DNA of 63,283 nucleotides, filler included, from Reclinomonas americana ATCC 50394 (lineage: Eukaryota), in assembly GCA_048213135.1 (NCBI GenBank). It is 6 parts of 4 records of this genome, joined end to end, with 100 filler letters (N's around TTAATTAATTAA, not from the genome) between each part and the next. Parts side by side here need not be neighbours in the genome. Positions count along the whole stretch, not along the records: positions 44,237 to 56,853 come from PS015394.1; positions 56,954 to 60,519 come from PS015394.1; 4 more parts are not named here. One strand, 5' to 3'. The notes under the pieces were generated by a model that worked only from the letters and a program-made list of their open reading frames with translations, had not been told where the DNA came from and searched no databases. The translations under genes and the position numbers were made by a program. Positions 45,111-58,134 of the stretch are shown here, in pieces; the stretch's first letter is position 1; the number at the start of each line of letters is the position of its first letter.

Positions 45111-46295
45111 GTCTCACGAGAAACTCTTAAAAAATAGTACAACCATAAGAAAAACCGCAAAAAACAACTGTTTGTCCGGAAAATCGATTCGTTGGTTCGC
45201 TGCATGGGAAAGACGAGGACGGCGTGGAGAAGGGTGGGGGGAATAGGGGAGTGTGCGGGTTGGATGGGTAGACGTGAGGAGTGTGAGAAAGAGGTCGAGA
45301 AGAAATGGTGTGGTGTGCGCATGTGCGAAATTGGTTGTTGTTCGGTAATAACCGGCGAGCGTAAAAATGTTATTTCGGAGGACATGTAGTGGCTGGAGGT
45401 GGTGCTGGAAGGTTGTCGAGTGTCTGTATGTGTGTTGCGAGGTGATGGCGTTTCGTGGTCTTTTCTGGTTTGAATAGCAGTATGGCAAATCGGCATTGGT
45501 TTTGCTCCAACGAAATCCATGGCAAAGATGGTGATCATCATGCAGCTGCTGCTGTTTGGATTAGTAAAGTTGTTGTTGTTGTTGTTGTTGTTGGTTTTCG
45601 AGCGTGACGAAGACAAAAAGGACTGAGCACGTACTCCACTCAAGTGGCGGAACTTGTAGATGTATGGATGCCAGAAGCGCAGAGGCGATCTCGTTCCTTC
45701 CGCAATGCATTAATATCGCTGCGATATCGGCTTCGCAAAGCGCTTTACACAAGACTGCACGGACGCACCGCACACTCTGCACGTCGTCTTCTTCATCTCA
45801 GACGCCGAGGTAGCACATGTGGTGTCGCTCATGAAGAAGGCGAGCGATTCGAGATTGATTCCGGCGGTCGTCCACCAATCCGTTCCCTGCTTGCACGTCA
45901 GTGCATCCCACGACGCAGAGCGCGATGGCTCAGGTACGCTCATTGTACATGCTCACATCTCCGGCACCCATGGATCTCCGCGCAAGTACGCCCGCGTCAG
46001 TTTCAGGTCTTCAGACTCCTCCCGTTTCGCGATGGCACTCGTGCTGCAACACCTGCGCAGCGATCAGCGAGCGTAGCCGCGCGCAGACTTCGTAGGAGAA
46101 GCAGTCGGTGTCAGCACACTCACGATTTCCGATCTAAAGACAGCGACGATGCCCAAGCACACAACCACAGCCACCACGACAACGCAGTCCATGATCACGA
46201 TCTCTCAGCACTTCGACCGCGAGAGTGATTGCACGCGCGAGTAATGGTCTTCTTTACACTATTTACTTCTTCCTCATATGCATGCTGCTCGCAGA

Positions 46296-47469
46296 TTACA
46301 CATGCACCGGCAAAAAGTACGTGAGCGTCAACTCGTCCATCAGCACCACAATCACCAATTGCTGGTCGACAAAGTCTGTGCGCCCCACGTAGTCAGCAAT
46401 CACCACCTCTCCTCCCTCCCTCCCTCCCATTCACACGCAACGACAAAACACATCCCGCGGATTCACGTGGTACGCCTGCAAGAAGCGCGACAGCTTCTTC
46501 AACTCGACCTGCGCCGATAACCGCTGCGACATTTCCTCGTCCTCTGTGCTCCCACCGAGTGAGTGTCGAGCACACGGTCCACTCACCCCCCCTCGCATCG
46601 CATCGCACACGCACCACCGGCCATCTTCACCTCCAAGCCACGATAGTGCGTGGTCATGGACAACAGCTCGCCCTCGATGGACAACTCCAACACACCGGTC
46701 TGCGCGCTGGCCGTGATGCGGACCAGCGGATCGCCAAAGGCGCGCATGCGATCCACCACCCGCAGGAGATCACGCAGCGGCGGCAGACACACCTGCATGT
46801 CGTAGTGAAAGTCGTCGCGCGTCGACGGATCCGCCTCCTTTAGCCGCTCCAGCTCCGACGGCGCCAGCACACGCACCGAGATCGAGTGCTCCAGCGAGTC
46901 GATTTGCGGCTGTCACACCGCAGTGAGCGAAACGGCGCAGTGAGACAGAGAGTGGGAGGGTGGGAGAACAGGAGAGCGCAACATCGCGCATGGTGAAATT
47001 CAGGACGGCTTGTGATCCGCGCTTGGCCAACTTGACTTTGACCAGAGACATGGACTCGGCGTCTTTTAGCACCTTTTGCAGCATGCTGGCGTCGATCTCC
47101 AGGCACACATCGTTGTGGAGGCTCTCAAACAGGTACTGATCGAAGAGTTTGCTGTGCGGAACGCGTCCCCACACCTGTCTCTGCGTGAGGGAGAGAGAGA
47201 CACACACACAGGCGACGAAGAGAGAGAGAGAGAGTGTGTGTGCGCGCACCTGCATGCCATCGGAGGCATCGGCGGTGGTGGCAATGAACATGATGGTGTC
47301 GGGTTGAAGTCGCAGAAACATGCGACGATCGACTTTCTCCAGGCATTGACACACCCCTGGCGCCACCCACCCACGCGTGAGACAAGCAAAGAGAGGGAGA
47401 GAGCAAGAGAGAAAGAGAGACGCAACGGCAAAAGAGAGCCGAGTCCGTGAGCTTTGCTCTGAATTTCAT
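46296..47469 (-). CDS. HUS1: Checkpoint clamp (9-1-1) subunit HUS1
   Basis: MKFRAKL start, MQ|VW, LFDQYLFES, VKVKLAKR, LPPLRDLLRVVDRM, VELKKLSRFL and C-terminal LTYFLP, all typical of Hus1. Confidence 0.9.
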
Positions 47470-47688
47470 GAGAAAATAAAATGGCGGGAGGTCGATGTCG
47501 ACTCCGGGAAGGACGCGTCGACGTCAAAGTGCGACACACACAGCAACATCGTGCTCGGCCATGCGCTTAGTACACGCACACACACGCACACATGTAGAGG
47601 AAAAAAAAAAGAGACGACAACACCAACTTCCAACCACACCAACAAATCATGTCCTGTTGCCCAGCCGGCTCTCTCTCTCTCATCACAA

Positions 47689-50600
47689 ATGAGCAGCGCG
47701 TCGTCGCCGCCTCCTCGCGACACCTCGTCCATCACCATCGCCGCCACACGGCCTCATCATCGACACGGGAACAAGGCTTCGTTGCGATCGGTGTTTGCGG
47801 CTCCTGCCAGCAAGAAGCCGGCACCGCAGCCTTTGCGTGGCCGACCTCGTGGTGGCGGGCGGGAGGAGGAGGAAGCGGAGAGAGGAGAGGACTCGTATGA
47901 TGAGTGGAAGGCGTCGTCGAACACGGAAGCGGAAGAGGATGATGATGACGAGGAGGAGGAGGAGGATGAGGATGATCATCGTCCAGTGATACAACAGACA
48001 GTGGCGTCTCCGCCTCCACCACCACCACCACCACCTCCACCGCCACCTCCACCACCGCCACCTGTGGCAGAGGCACCGGTGAGCGCACAGTGTGTTGCCT
48101 CTGCTGCTCTTTGTGTGCTCAAGAGTCGCGATCTGCAGATGTATGTCATTCCACAGATCGTGCTCACTCCGACGCCACCTCCACCACCGCCACCACCACC
48201 GCCACCACCAGTAGAAGCAGAGAAACAACAGAAGCCACGGGATGTCGACACTGACGACGACGATGGGATTGAGTGCTTTCCGCCAGTGTCGGAGCTGCTG
48301 GCTGACATTTTGGGACCGAAACGACGAAGTGGGGCCCACACCACCGTCACCAGTCTGGAATCGCTGGCGCTCTCGCCACGGGCACCAGCGCTGTCGTCCA
48401 TGTTGACGGAGGAGGAGAAGGCGCGGCACGATAAGAAGCAGGGGGAGGAGGAGGAGGGGGATCCGTTGGCGTCGTTGCGGAAACGACAGCAGGAATCGAC
48501 GCTGTCGGCGGATGTGGCGGCGTACTTGTTGCGTTTCCTCTTGTCTTGTCTTGTCTCGATCACCCTGCTGTCGTTGCCGTGGAGCTCACGCCCGTTACCG
48601 CTACTGCGCAGGCGTGGCATTGGTCAGACGTCGCTGCTGTTGAGTCCACCGACTTCGTCGGCGGCATCGTCCGTGTCGCCGGGTCCTACACCGCGCGCCA
48701 AGTCGGCCTCCGGGTCACCGCGGCGGCGGCGCCTCACCAAGCAGGAGACGGAGGAGTCGAGTCGACGGCTGTGCGAGGAGGAGGTGGCGAAGCGAGCGGA
48801 GCACCTGAAGCAGTTGCGCGAGCAGCATCCGCTGGTGTCACCGCGACGACAGTCGCCACACTCCAAGCGGCAGCGTGATGAGGACCGAGGTGCGTGAGAC
48901 GGAGAGAGAGAGATGATGACGAAGAGTGGTTGCTCATGCTTTTGCGTGCAGTACCGCTGGTGGAGCGAATCGATGTGATTCTCGAGCGTCGCAAGACGTG
49001 GCTGGCCAAGCAAAAGGCCGAGATGGATCGACGCACCGAGCAGGAGATCACACTCAAGCCGGAGATCAACAAGAACTCCAAAACCATCGAGCGCTCCGTG
49101 ACACATCTGCTGGCCTGGGTTCGTCCCCCACTTGTAGTGTGTTTCCACCATTGCTCTGCTGATCCACTGTGGTGCAGGATGAAGCTCGAAAGGCCAACCT
49201 CACCAAGACCAAGGAAAAGTTCAAAGCCGCCGAGGCCGCTGTGGTGACGTTCAAGCCACAGCTGTCGCCCACGTCCATCAAGGTGAGGAGGACGACGCCT
49301 GTGAATGCTGTGTTGGAGAAACTGACGGTTTTCTTGTGAGCAGCTGGTGAAGCAGAAACGCGAGTCTGGAGGATCCGTCGCTGGTGCGCTATGTGATCTC
49401 ACGCCTGTTGTTTCTCTTGCGGGTGCTTATCCTTTCTTTTTCGCAGAATCGACGTCAGTTTCACCACCACTGGGCGACGCAGCGGCGCCGCCAATCGACG
49501 GCGACACTAATGGACGCAGACCAAGTCGCAGTGCGTACACAATCCTGTGCTTTCACTTTTTCGTAGACATGCAGAGGGTGCTCATGCCACATGCCGTGCT
49601 GCGCAGCCAAAATATCAAAGACCGAGCTGCTGGCAGAGGTTGCGCAGTCGCGTCGACAATCGGGGACATTTGAAATGATTCACCAGCGCATGGCCAGTCG
49701 CGAGCTGTTGCGTTTTGGCGAGGCTTGAGATGTTGGTGTGAGCACGTGACCTCATGCAGCGCGCAACAGGAAAAAGCGACTGCGGGAGATGCGAGAGATG
49801 GAAGAGGAGCAGGTGCTGGCAGAGGAGAGGGTGCAAGAGGATGTGGTGCAGTCTGCGTGCGATCGATTGTACAGTGCGGCTTTGTCGGATCGCGGTCGAC
49901 GGGAGGAGAAGAGGAGGCAACGGGAAGAGGAGGTGCTACAAGAGGAGGAACGGCTGGTGCGTTCCCCTGCCGATGTTTCCTGTTTCTTTCCACCACCTCA
50001 TCGTCTGCGCAGAGAAGAGAGGGTGAACGCATCCGTGCGGTGGCGGCTCGGCGGCGAGTGCCATTAGCACGGTCAGCATCCTCGTAATCCGTAACCACTG
50101 GTTTCCGTTCTCAACCCCCTCTGTTGTTTGTGTCGCAGTGAGGAGACGCCGCTGGATCCGAGCTTGGACGATATTGTGCGGCCGGTGAGTGGCGAAAATC
50201 AAGTGCAGAAGTGTTGAGCTCCTTCCCAAAGTCTCACTCTCCTCATCAAAAAGGTGGATGCAACGGAGTTGTATCAGCGCATTGTGGATGCCGACGCCTC
50301 TGGTGTCGAGTTCGACTGGGCCGCCATTGACGCCTTCACGCGATCGCTACCACCCACCGGGACGCACAGTCGCAACGCCAGTCACCACTCCAACTCCAGC
50401 TACCCGTACCTCTCGTTCAGCACACCACTCTCCGCACACGCTCGCCGTCCACTGCCGGAGGACGCCGCCAGCAGCCACAGCGGCGGCAGTCACAGCCACA
50501 GCAGCAGTGGCAACGGTGCGTATCGTCGCGCCGGACTGCGACCACCGCAGTGGGATCAGGTGCCACCCGCTGCAGCAGCAACAGCATCAGCAACAGCGTC

Positions 50601-50712
50601 GCCTCGTTCACCGCGACAAGCGCAGCCAGCTGTCGGCGATCTCGACGACTTTGCCGCCTGGCTATCGCAGCGCTTTGGCGCGCGTGTAGAGATTGCCTCG
50701 TCGAGATCATGA
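47689..50712 (+). CDS. Low-complexity/coiled-coil hypothetical protein with T(F/L)KP-type repeats
   Basis: Poly-Pro and acidic N-terminus. Repeats EITLKPEINKNS and VTFKPQLSPTS with a ..LLAW helix, plus coiled-coil exons, joined by GT-AG introns. Confidence 0.55.
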
Positions 50713-50851
50713 TACCATATGGTGTAAATACAACGAGTAAGAGAACAGCAACAAGCGATCGATATCAATCGGTGTCGCGTTATCGTCCTCCCAGCATCAT
50801 TGCCGTCCATCGGTCGCGTTTGTCACGGCTCTTCCCATTGTTCGCACAGTC

Positions 50852-52538
50852 ATGGTGAGACGGGAGAAGAACACAAGACACACACTCTCTCTTGCTCGTG
50901 TGCTTGCTGACACCTGCATGCAGGGAAGAATCAACATTCGTGTTCGCAGTTCACAAACCTCGGCCACTGGTGCGTACACACATGCATCACTCACTGCGTG
51001 CATGCGAACATTGTTCTCACACTCAGTCACACACACACCCGCATGCGCAGTGAGCTCTGAGCTTGGCGGCACAGTGCTGCAACTGAAAGAGGGTTCATTC
51101 ACCACTAACTACTACTGATGCATCTCTCCCCTCCCCCGCAACTCACCACACTGTTCACACAGACATTCGTGCGGCGGTGCCACAGTGGGCACGTTTTCCG
51201 GCCTCCGACTTGACTCTGCTCTTCCGCGGTCGCCGCTTGGACGACAATGATGTGCTGGAGGCGGCGGGTCTCAGTGACGATGTGGCACTGGTGCTCGTGT
51301 TGCCGCCCTCGTCGGGCTCCTCACTCGGATCAGTGGCCTCTTCTTCGCCTCTCGACGCTCTCGGCTCAAGTCCACCGCAGAGTCCGCCTCGCGCCTCTGC
51401 TCCGCCGGCTCCGATTGCACAGGGCGGGGGTGGAAAGGCGGTGGCGGGATCACAGGCACCGGTGTGTTCGCTTTTCATTGCCATGCAAAGACACATGCTG
51501 GGATTCACCTTGCCGCCACGTGCAGATCGACGATTCGGTGCTGGTGAACGTGCGCATTGGTGATGGATCGCACTCGCGTTGCGTGCTCTCCTCCCTGTCT
51601 CGCTTGTCGCCGATGTCATGCGCTGATGCGTCTTTGTCGGTTTGCAGTGCGAACCAAGCTGAATCGCACCACGTTCCTGTTGAAACGAGGTGTGCATGTG
51701 CGCCGCTCCCTTGCCGACCTCCGCACCCACTGCCTCACTCGCTGTTTTCGTTGGCCAGATCTCAAGGCACTGGGCATTCCGGCGTTGGCGCGTGTCGAGC
51801 TCGAGGACATTTGCTTGGTGTGGGGAGGTCGCGAAATGGTCGACGGCAACACACTGGCCGCCGAGGGTGTCTACGAGGGTGCCTCGTTGCTTTTTGTGCA
51901 AAGGTCGGTGCCCCTTGTGTGTGTGTGTGTGTGTGTGTTTTATCAATTGTACTTCTCCCCACTCACTCGCAACATGGACAGAGCGCGTGGAACGTCGCCG
52001 CCACCACAGCAGCCGCCAATATACCCACAAGCACCACCTGGCTACCCCTACCCACCCAACCTCAACTACCCCACCAACCCCAACTACTACGGCGCCGTGC
52101 CACCGGGGGCGTACCCGCCCGTGAATCCTCCGATACCGGTGGCGCCACCACTGCGCGGTGGTGGTGTCGAGCGGCGACCACTGCTGGGCGGTGATAATCG
52201 CGACGCAGGGAGAAGCGCGAGCTGTGCGAGTTGTGGCACGCGGATCACCAACAAGGGCGCGTGGGCGTTCTTTGCACTATTTATCGGCGTCACCTCGATT
52301 CTCGGCATGGTGGTTGTGGTGTCGCCGGTGCAGTACCAGAGCGCCGGCATCTTCACCTTTATCCGCCTCCCGTGCATCATCATTCCACTGCTGACGGTGT
52401 TGGGGACGTGCTTCGAATGCTGCGTGACACCACCGGCCGCACGGCTGCGCATCGCCTCATTCATCTCGGCCGCGTTGTACGCCGGCACGTTTGTCTGTCT
52501 GCTGGTGCTCGACGGCTTCGGTTTCTACTTTTCAACCC
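50852..52538 (+). CDS. Tandem ubiquitin-like domain membrane protein with PY motifs and at least 3 TM helices; 3' end lost in gap
   Basis: Ubl1: INIRVRS..TVLQLKE..LTLLFRGRRLDDNDVLEAAGL. Ubl2: ICLVWGGREMVDGNTLAAEGVYEGASLLFV. Then PPIY and PPGY, ERRPLL, and three hydrophobic helices. Confidence 0.72.
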
Positions 52539-53256
52539 NNNNNNNNNNNNNNNNNNNNNNNNNNNNNNNNNNNNNNNNNNNNNNNNNNNNNNNNNNNNNN
52601 NNNNNNNNNNNNNNNNNNNNNNNNNNNNNNNNNNNNNNNNNNNNNNNNNNNNNNNNNNNNNNNNNNNNNNNNNNNNNNNNNNNNNNNNNNNNNNNNNNNN
52701 NNNNNNNNNNNNNNNNNNNNNNNNNNNNNNNNNNNNNNNNNNNNNNNNNNNNNNNNNNNNNNNNNNNNNNNNNNNNNNNNNNNNNNNNNNNNNNNNNNNN
52801 NNNNNNNNNNNNNNNNNNNNNNNNNNNNNNNNNNNNNNNNNNNNNNNNNNNNNNNNNNNNNNNNNNNNNNNNNNNNNNNNNNNNNNNNNNNNNNNNNNNN
52901 NNNNNNNNNNNNNNNNNNNNNNNNNNNNNNNNNNNNNNNNNNNNNNNNNNNNNNNNNNNNNNNNNNNNNNNNNNNNNNNNNNNNNNNNNNNNNNNNNNNN
53001 NNNNNNNNNNNNNNNNNNNNNNNNNNNNNNNNNNNNNNNNNNNNNNNNNNNNNNNNNNNNNNNNNNNNNNNNNNNNNNNNNNNNNNNNNNNNNNNNNNNN
53101 NNNNNNNNNNNNNNNNNNNNNNNNNNNNNNNNNNNNNNNNNNNNNNNNNNNNNNNNNNNNNNNNNNNNNNNNNNNNNNNNNNNNNNNNNNNNNNNNNNNN
53201 NNNNNNNNNNNNNNNNNNNNNNNNNNNNNNNNNNNNNNGCGCGCAACCAACTACAG

Positions 53257-53600
53257 CCCAGCGCTACGATGCGTTCTTGGCGTCGGAGACGATCCTGAAG
53301 CAGATTCCGCGTCTGATTGGCCCGGGTCTGTCGAAGGCCGGCAAGTTCCCGAGCATGCTCACCCGCTCTGAGGATCCGGCTGAGAAGATTGCCGAGATGC
53401 GCTCGATGGTCAAGTTCCAGCTCAAGAAGTCGGTGACACTGGCCGTGAACGTCGGCCACGTCGACATGCCGTTCGAGCACGTGATCGACAACATCAAGAT
53501 GTCGGTCAACCTGTTGGTCTCGCTGCTGAAGAAGAACTGGCAGAACGTGAACACCCTCCACATCAAGAGCACCATGGGACCGCCGCAGCGTCTCTACTAA
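53257..53600 (+). CDS. RPL10A: 60S ribosomal protein L10a (uL1), last exon, on a reverse-oriented contig
   Basis: [31 protein letters not shown]...VKFQLKK...[25 protein letters not shown]. Confidence 0.95.
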
Positions 53601-54070
53601 GAAGCGTGCGCTTTGCGCTGCTTCTTGGTTACACGGACTTGGAATCCCCACATGTCAACGAACACCACTTTGGTGCGACACTCTCTCTTCTTTGGGGGAG
53701 TGCCGCGTCGGGGTGGGAGGTGGTTAGATGTTGCTTTTCCCTCTCCTCTCTGCTGCTAATTTTTTCGCCAAGATCTCTCTCTCTTTCGTCGTGGTCTCTC
53801 GTACCCCGAGGCATCACTGTTTCGTAAACACACCAAACAAACACTTCCCATGTTATTTCTCTCTCTTTTATTACTCTTCCTCTCGCTCTAGTAGGTTCGA
53901 ATGTTAAACAGACGCGGGAACGCAGACATGAGGATGGCACAGAGCGGCAGCAGAATCTTGGACCACCAAAAGTTGANNNNNNNNNNNNNNNNNNNNGAAA
54001 AGGGGGGGGGGGGGGGGAGGGGTCAGCGGCGTGCCTCTCATCGTCATCATGATCATCGTTGGTTACTCAC

Positions 54071-54826
54071 CAAACTTCTTGACCGCAGTCTTGTCCTTGC
54101 CGAGCGACTTCAGGTAGTCGGTGTCGTGGAAGGGGATGCCGAGGGCGGCGGCCTTCTCGCAATGGAACTGGTCTCCCAGAATGCAGATGCGCTCGCGCGG
54201 GCGGGCCAAGTGCGGCAGGCGGATGGAGCCCTGGAAACGCTTATCTTTTTGCGTGTCGTAGCTCTTCAGCAGCACCTGCAGCTCAATGCTCTCCTTGAAC
54301 TTGCGAGGCTTCTCCTCACGCGAGAACTTCAGCAGCTTCTCGACGGACTCGCGCAACGTGTCGGCGGGGATCTTGCTGTAAAGTGGGGGCGCACACACAG
54401 CGTGAGTGAGCGCCATGCATGCACATGGACATGAAGAGCACACAGCCCTCCCCTCCCCTCCCCTGCTCTCTCTCTCACTGCATGTGCACAGATGAAAGAG
54501 GGGTGCATGGTACTGACAGAGTAGAGGTGTGCATGTGTGCGGCAAGAGAGTGGCGCAGTGGAGCCAAGTTTAGGCCTCAGTCAATCACACAGCACAATGC
54601 ACGCCAGTCAACCCGACGCACAGCACAAGGAGTACATGCACAGAGAGGGAGACATGCCACAGAGAGACGGAGAGAGAGAGAGAGGAATAGGGAGAGAGAG
54701 CGCGCAAAGGGCATGTCATGGCATGCGCCACCAGAGACGAAGAGCATTCTCTTGCACACACAGATTCCCTCCTCCTCCCTGTCGCACACAACACACAGCG
54801 CAGCGCAGTGGGGTAACAAACCTCAT
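54071..54826 (-). CDS. RPL10A: 60S ribosomal protein L10a (uL1), exons 1-2
   Basis: ATG AG|gt at 54826. Exon 2: SKIPADTLRESV...RKFKESIELQVLLKSYDTQKDKRFQGSIRLPH...ICILGDQFH. Confidence 0.95.
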
Positions 54827-54939
54827 TTCCTTTCTGTGTTTTTCTCGCTCTCTCTCAAATTGCGATGGGGGTAAGGAGGACAGTGTCGCACAGCGAGCAC
54901 CACTGTCCCCACAATCACGCACTCACACACAAGCAGCAT

Positions 54940-57921
54940 ATGAATCCTCTCCTCGCATTACAGCCGCCCTTTCGCTACGCGGCCGTCGACGAAGGACTCT
55001 ATCGCGGCGCATACCCGACTCTGCGCAACTTTTCCTTTCTGAGGAGGTCAGACACACAAACACACACACACACACACTCACACACACTCACACACACTCA
55101 CTCACACACACTCACACACACACGCACACTCACTCACTCACTGCACTCTCTTTCTTTCACTCATACACACTCACTCACACACTCACACACATACACACTC
55201 TATACATACACACTCTCTCTCACTGTCTCTCTGTCACTCACTGAGAGAGAGACACAGGCTCCGACTCAAGTCGATTGTGTCGTTTGTGCCCGAGGAGCCG
55301 ACTGCCGACTTGCGCGAGTTCTGTGCGTGTGAAAACATTCGCATCACTCACATTCCCGTGGACAAGTGGAATGAGGCGGTCACGCTGACGCAGGCGCAGG
55401 CCAAGCAGGCGATTGAGGTGGGTGGTGGGAGAGAGGGAAGGAGGGAGAGGGAGGGGGTGGAGGGAAGAGAGCATGCTGACCGTCAGGAGACTCTGCATTC
55501 TCCGGGGAGAGAGTGAGTTGACTGCGAGGCACCGTATGTCTTCTCTTTCTCAGTGCACTTCCTGAGAGCTTGTTAACTGTCACTGCTGTGGAGTGACGAG
55601 AGGTTGACTGGAGCGCTGGACACATGCACATGCTGACTCTGCATGGGAGAGACAGGTCGACTGCAAGGCACCGTATGTCTTCTCTTTTTCTGAGAGCTTG
55701 CAGATTGTCACTGTGACAGATTGTGCACTGCAGCGCTAGTGCTGGTGGCCAGCAGACATGCACTCTTCCTGGTGGAAGGGTCGACTGCAAGGCACATGGC
55801 TGTTCTCTTTCTCTGANNNNNNNNNNNNNNNNNNNNNNNNNNNNNNNNNNNNNNNNNNNNNNNNNNNNNNNNNNNNNNNNNNNNNNNNNNNNNNNNNNNN
55901 NNNNNNNNNNNNNNNNNNNNNNNNNNNNNNNNNNNNNNNNNNNNNNNNNNNNNNNNNNNNNNNNNNNNNNNNNNNNNNNNNNNNNNNNNNNNNNNNNNNN
56001 NNNNNNNNNNNNNNNNNNNNNNNNNNNNNNNNNNNNNNNNNNNNNNNNNNNNNNNNNNNNNNNNNNNNNNNNNNNNNNNNNNNNNNNNNNNNNNNNNNNN
56101 NNNNNNNNNNNNNNNNNNNNNNNNNNNNNNNNNNNNNNNNNNNNNNNNNNNNNNNNNNNNNNNNNNNNNNNNNNNNNNNNNNNNNNNNNNNNNNNNNNNN
56201 NNNNNNNNNNNNNNNNNNNNNNNNNNNNNNNNNNNNNNNNNNNNNNNNNNNNNNNNNNNNNNNNNNNNNNNNNNNNNNNNNNNNNNNNNNNNNNNNNNNN
56301 NNNNNNNNNNNNNNNNNNNNNNNNNNNNNNNNNNNNNNNNNNNNNNNNNNNNNNNNNNNNNNNNNNNNNNNNNNNNNNNNNNNNNNNNNNNNNNNNNNNN
56401 NNNNNNNNNNNNNNNNNNNNNNNNNNNNNNNNNNNNNNNNNNNNNNNNNNNNNNNNNNNNNNNNNNNNNNNNNNNNNNNNNNNNNNNNNNNNNNNNNNNN
56501 NNNNNNNNNNNGCACTTTCTGAGAGCTTGTTGACTGTCACTGCTGTGGAATGGCGAGAGGTTGACTGGAGCGCTGGACACATGCACAGAGAGAATGCTGG
56601 TGGCCAGCAGATTCTGGAGGGATCCTTAACTGTCAGCCACAGCATGCGCCTTCTGAGAGCTTGTTGACAGTCACTGCTGTGGAGTGAGTGTGTGAGAGAG
56701 GGCCGACAGCCACAACATACCTCTTTTCTTCGTTGCTGAGAGATTGCTGACTGTCAAGAGACGACATACATTGGAGAGAGTGACTGACTCCTCCCCCCCC
56801 CTCTGTTCGCAGCTGGCGTGCCACAGCGAAAACCTCCCGCTCTACTTCCACTGNNNNNNNNNNNNNNNNNNNNNNNNNNNNNNNNNNNNNNNNNNNNTTA
56901 ATTAATTAANNNNNNNNNNNNNNNNNNNNNNNNNNNNNNNNNNNNNNNNNNNNCCTGGACGGCGCCAATGTCACCGGCCTGGTGGTGATGTGCCTGCGCA
57001 AGGTGCAAAGTTGGGGCACACCGAGCGTGCATGCCGAGTTTCTGCGCTTCTCGCGCGAACGCAGTGTGCAAGAGGACGAGCGGCAGTTTGTGGAGGCCTT
57101 CCGCGGTGATTTGTTGCTGCCACCGCGGCATGTGCAGCTGCCGAATTGGTTGCTGGTTGGGCTGTTGGATGGGGCGGCGTCGTCAGAACCGCGAACACAT
57201 CTCCTATCACAGCAACAGCAATTGCAGCAGCAGCAGCAGCAGCAGTCTTCGTCGTCAGCGGCGGCAGGTGCCGTGGCAGATCCGCGGAGGCAGTCGCGGC
57301 CACGGGTACGCGCGTCGCGCACCGCACGCTTGCATCCATTTTTGAAGGTCGCCACCATCATCACCAGCACAATACTACGTGCATGGATGTGAGTACTGAC
57401 GTTGTGTGATGAGCAGCTACGATTTGCGGACGACGAAGACGAGGGGCTGGCCAGCGAAGGCGCCTCTGGGAACTATGTTGGTGCCGATGGGCACATTGGT
57501 GTTGCTCCTCTCGGCGCGCAAATGTCGGGTGCCAGTGGAAGCAATGCCACCGATGCAGCCGGCGGTACTGGCGGTGTGGCGGGTGCGACGGGCGACCGCT
57601 CCAGTTGCGTCAGTCAGCCGAGGGGGGGGGGACAAAGTATGGCTTTTGTCACTTACAGTCGACTTGGTGAAGGTCGCGATGCACTGGCGGCTGGCGACAC
57701 AATGAAGGATCACGCACAAGGCGACGGTGTTCCAAGGCGCATCTCCAAGGACGAGCTACGCCGTGCACTACTCGCCCTCGATCTCTCCGGCTTTGGTGGC
57801 TCGCGCTCCAATCGGGGGGGAGTCGGATCACGGACCAGAGTTGCGTCCACATGTCTGCTGCTGGTGGTGAAGATGATGCTCACTCACTCCCTTGCACGCG
57901 CAGCCACCGACGCCAGTATGA
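54940..57921 (+). CDS. OCA6: OCA6/Siw14-family (PFA-DSP) tyrosine-phosphatase-fold protein, spanning gaps
   Basis: LQPPFRYAAVDEGLYRGAYPTLRNFSFLRR|LRLKSIVSFVPEEP...LREFC. After the gap: LDGANVTGLVVMCLRKVQSW....AEFLRF. Confidence 0.8.
55490..56700. repeat. Diverged tandem repeat (about 125-140 bp shuffled units) inside the OCA6-like intron
   Basis: Recurrent blocks 'ctgagagcttgt..actgtcactgctgtgga' (about 55562, 56518, 56654) and 'gactgc.aggcac....tgt.ttctcttt' (about 55520, 55659, 55783). Confidence 0.8.
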
Positions 57922-58134
57922 AATGCAGCGTGTGGAACCTCACTCTCTTGTTGTCTAGTATATAACTTACACATGGCCCAGTTCACTTGCCAAGACTCCG
58001 CCATCTCTCTCTCTCACACACACGTCCTCTCCGGGTAAGTTGCCTCCCGCAGGGCTCTCTCTCTCTCTCACACACACGCACTCCAGTATAACAGCAATTA
58101 AGAAGAACAAGGGGGAGTCGGGAGAGCATGCGTA

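Noticed and set aside
45600..46230. Possible gene between the membrane-protein gene and HUS1
   Set aside because: Only short ORFs with no consistent splice model or recognisable motif.
54015..54060. Box C/D snoRNA in an RPL10A intron (ATGATGA...CTGA)
   Set aside because: The boxes are far too close together, and CTGAC is more simply the branch point.
55490..56700. CRISPR-like array
   Set aside because: Repeats are degenerate, there are no unique spacers or cas genes, and the context is a eukaryotic intron.
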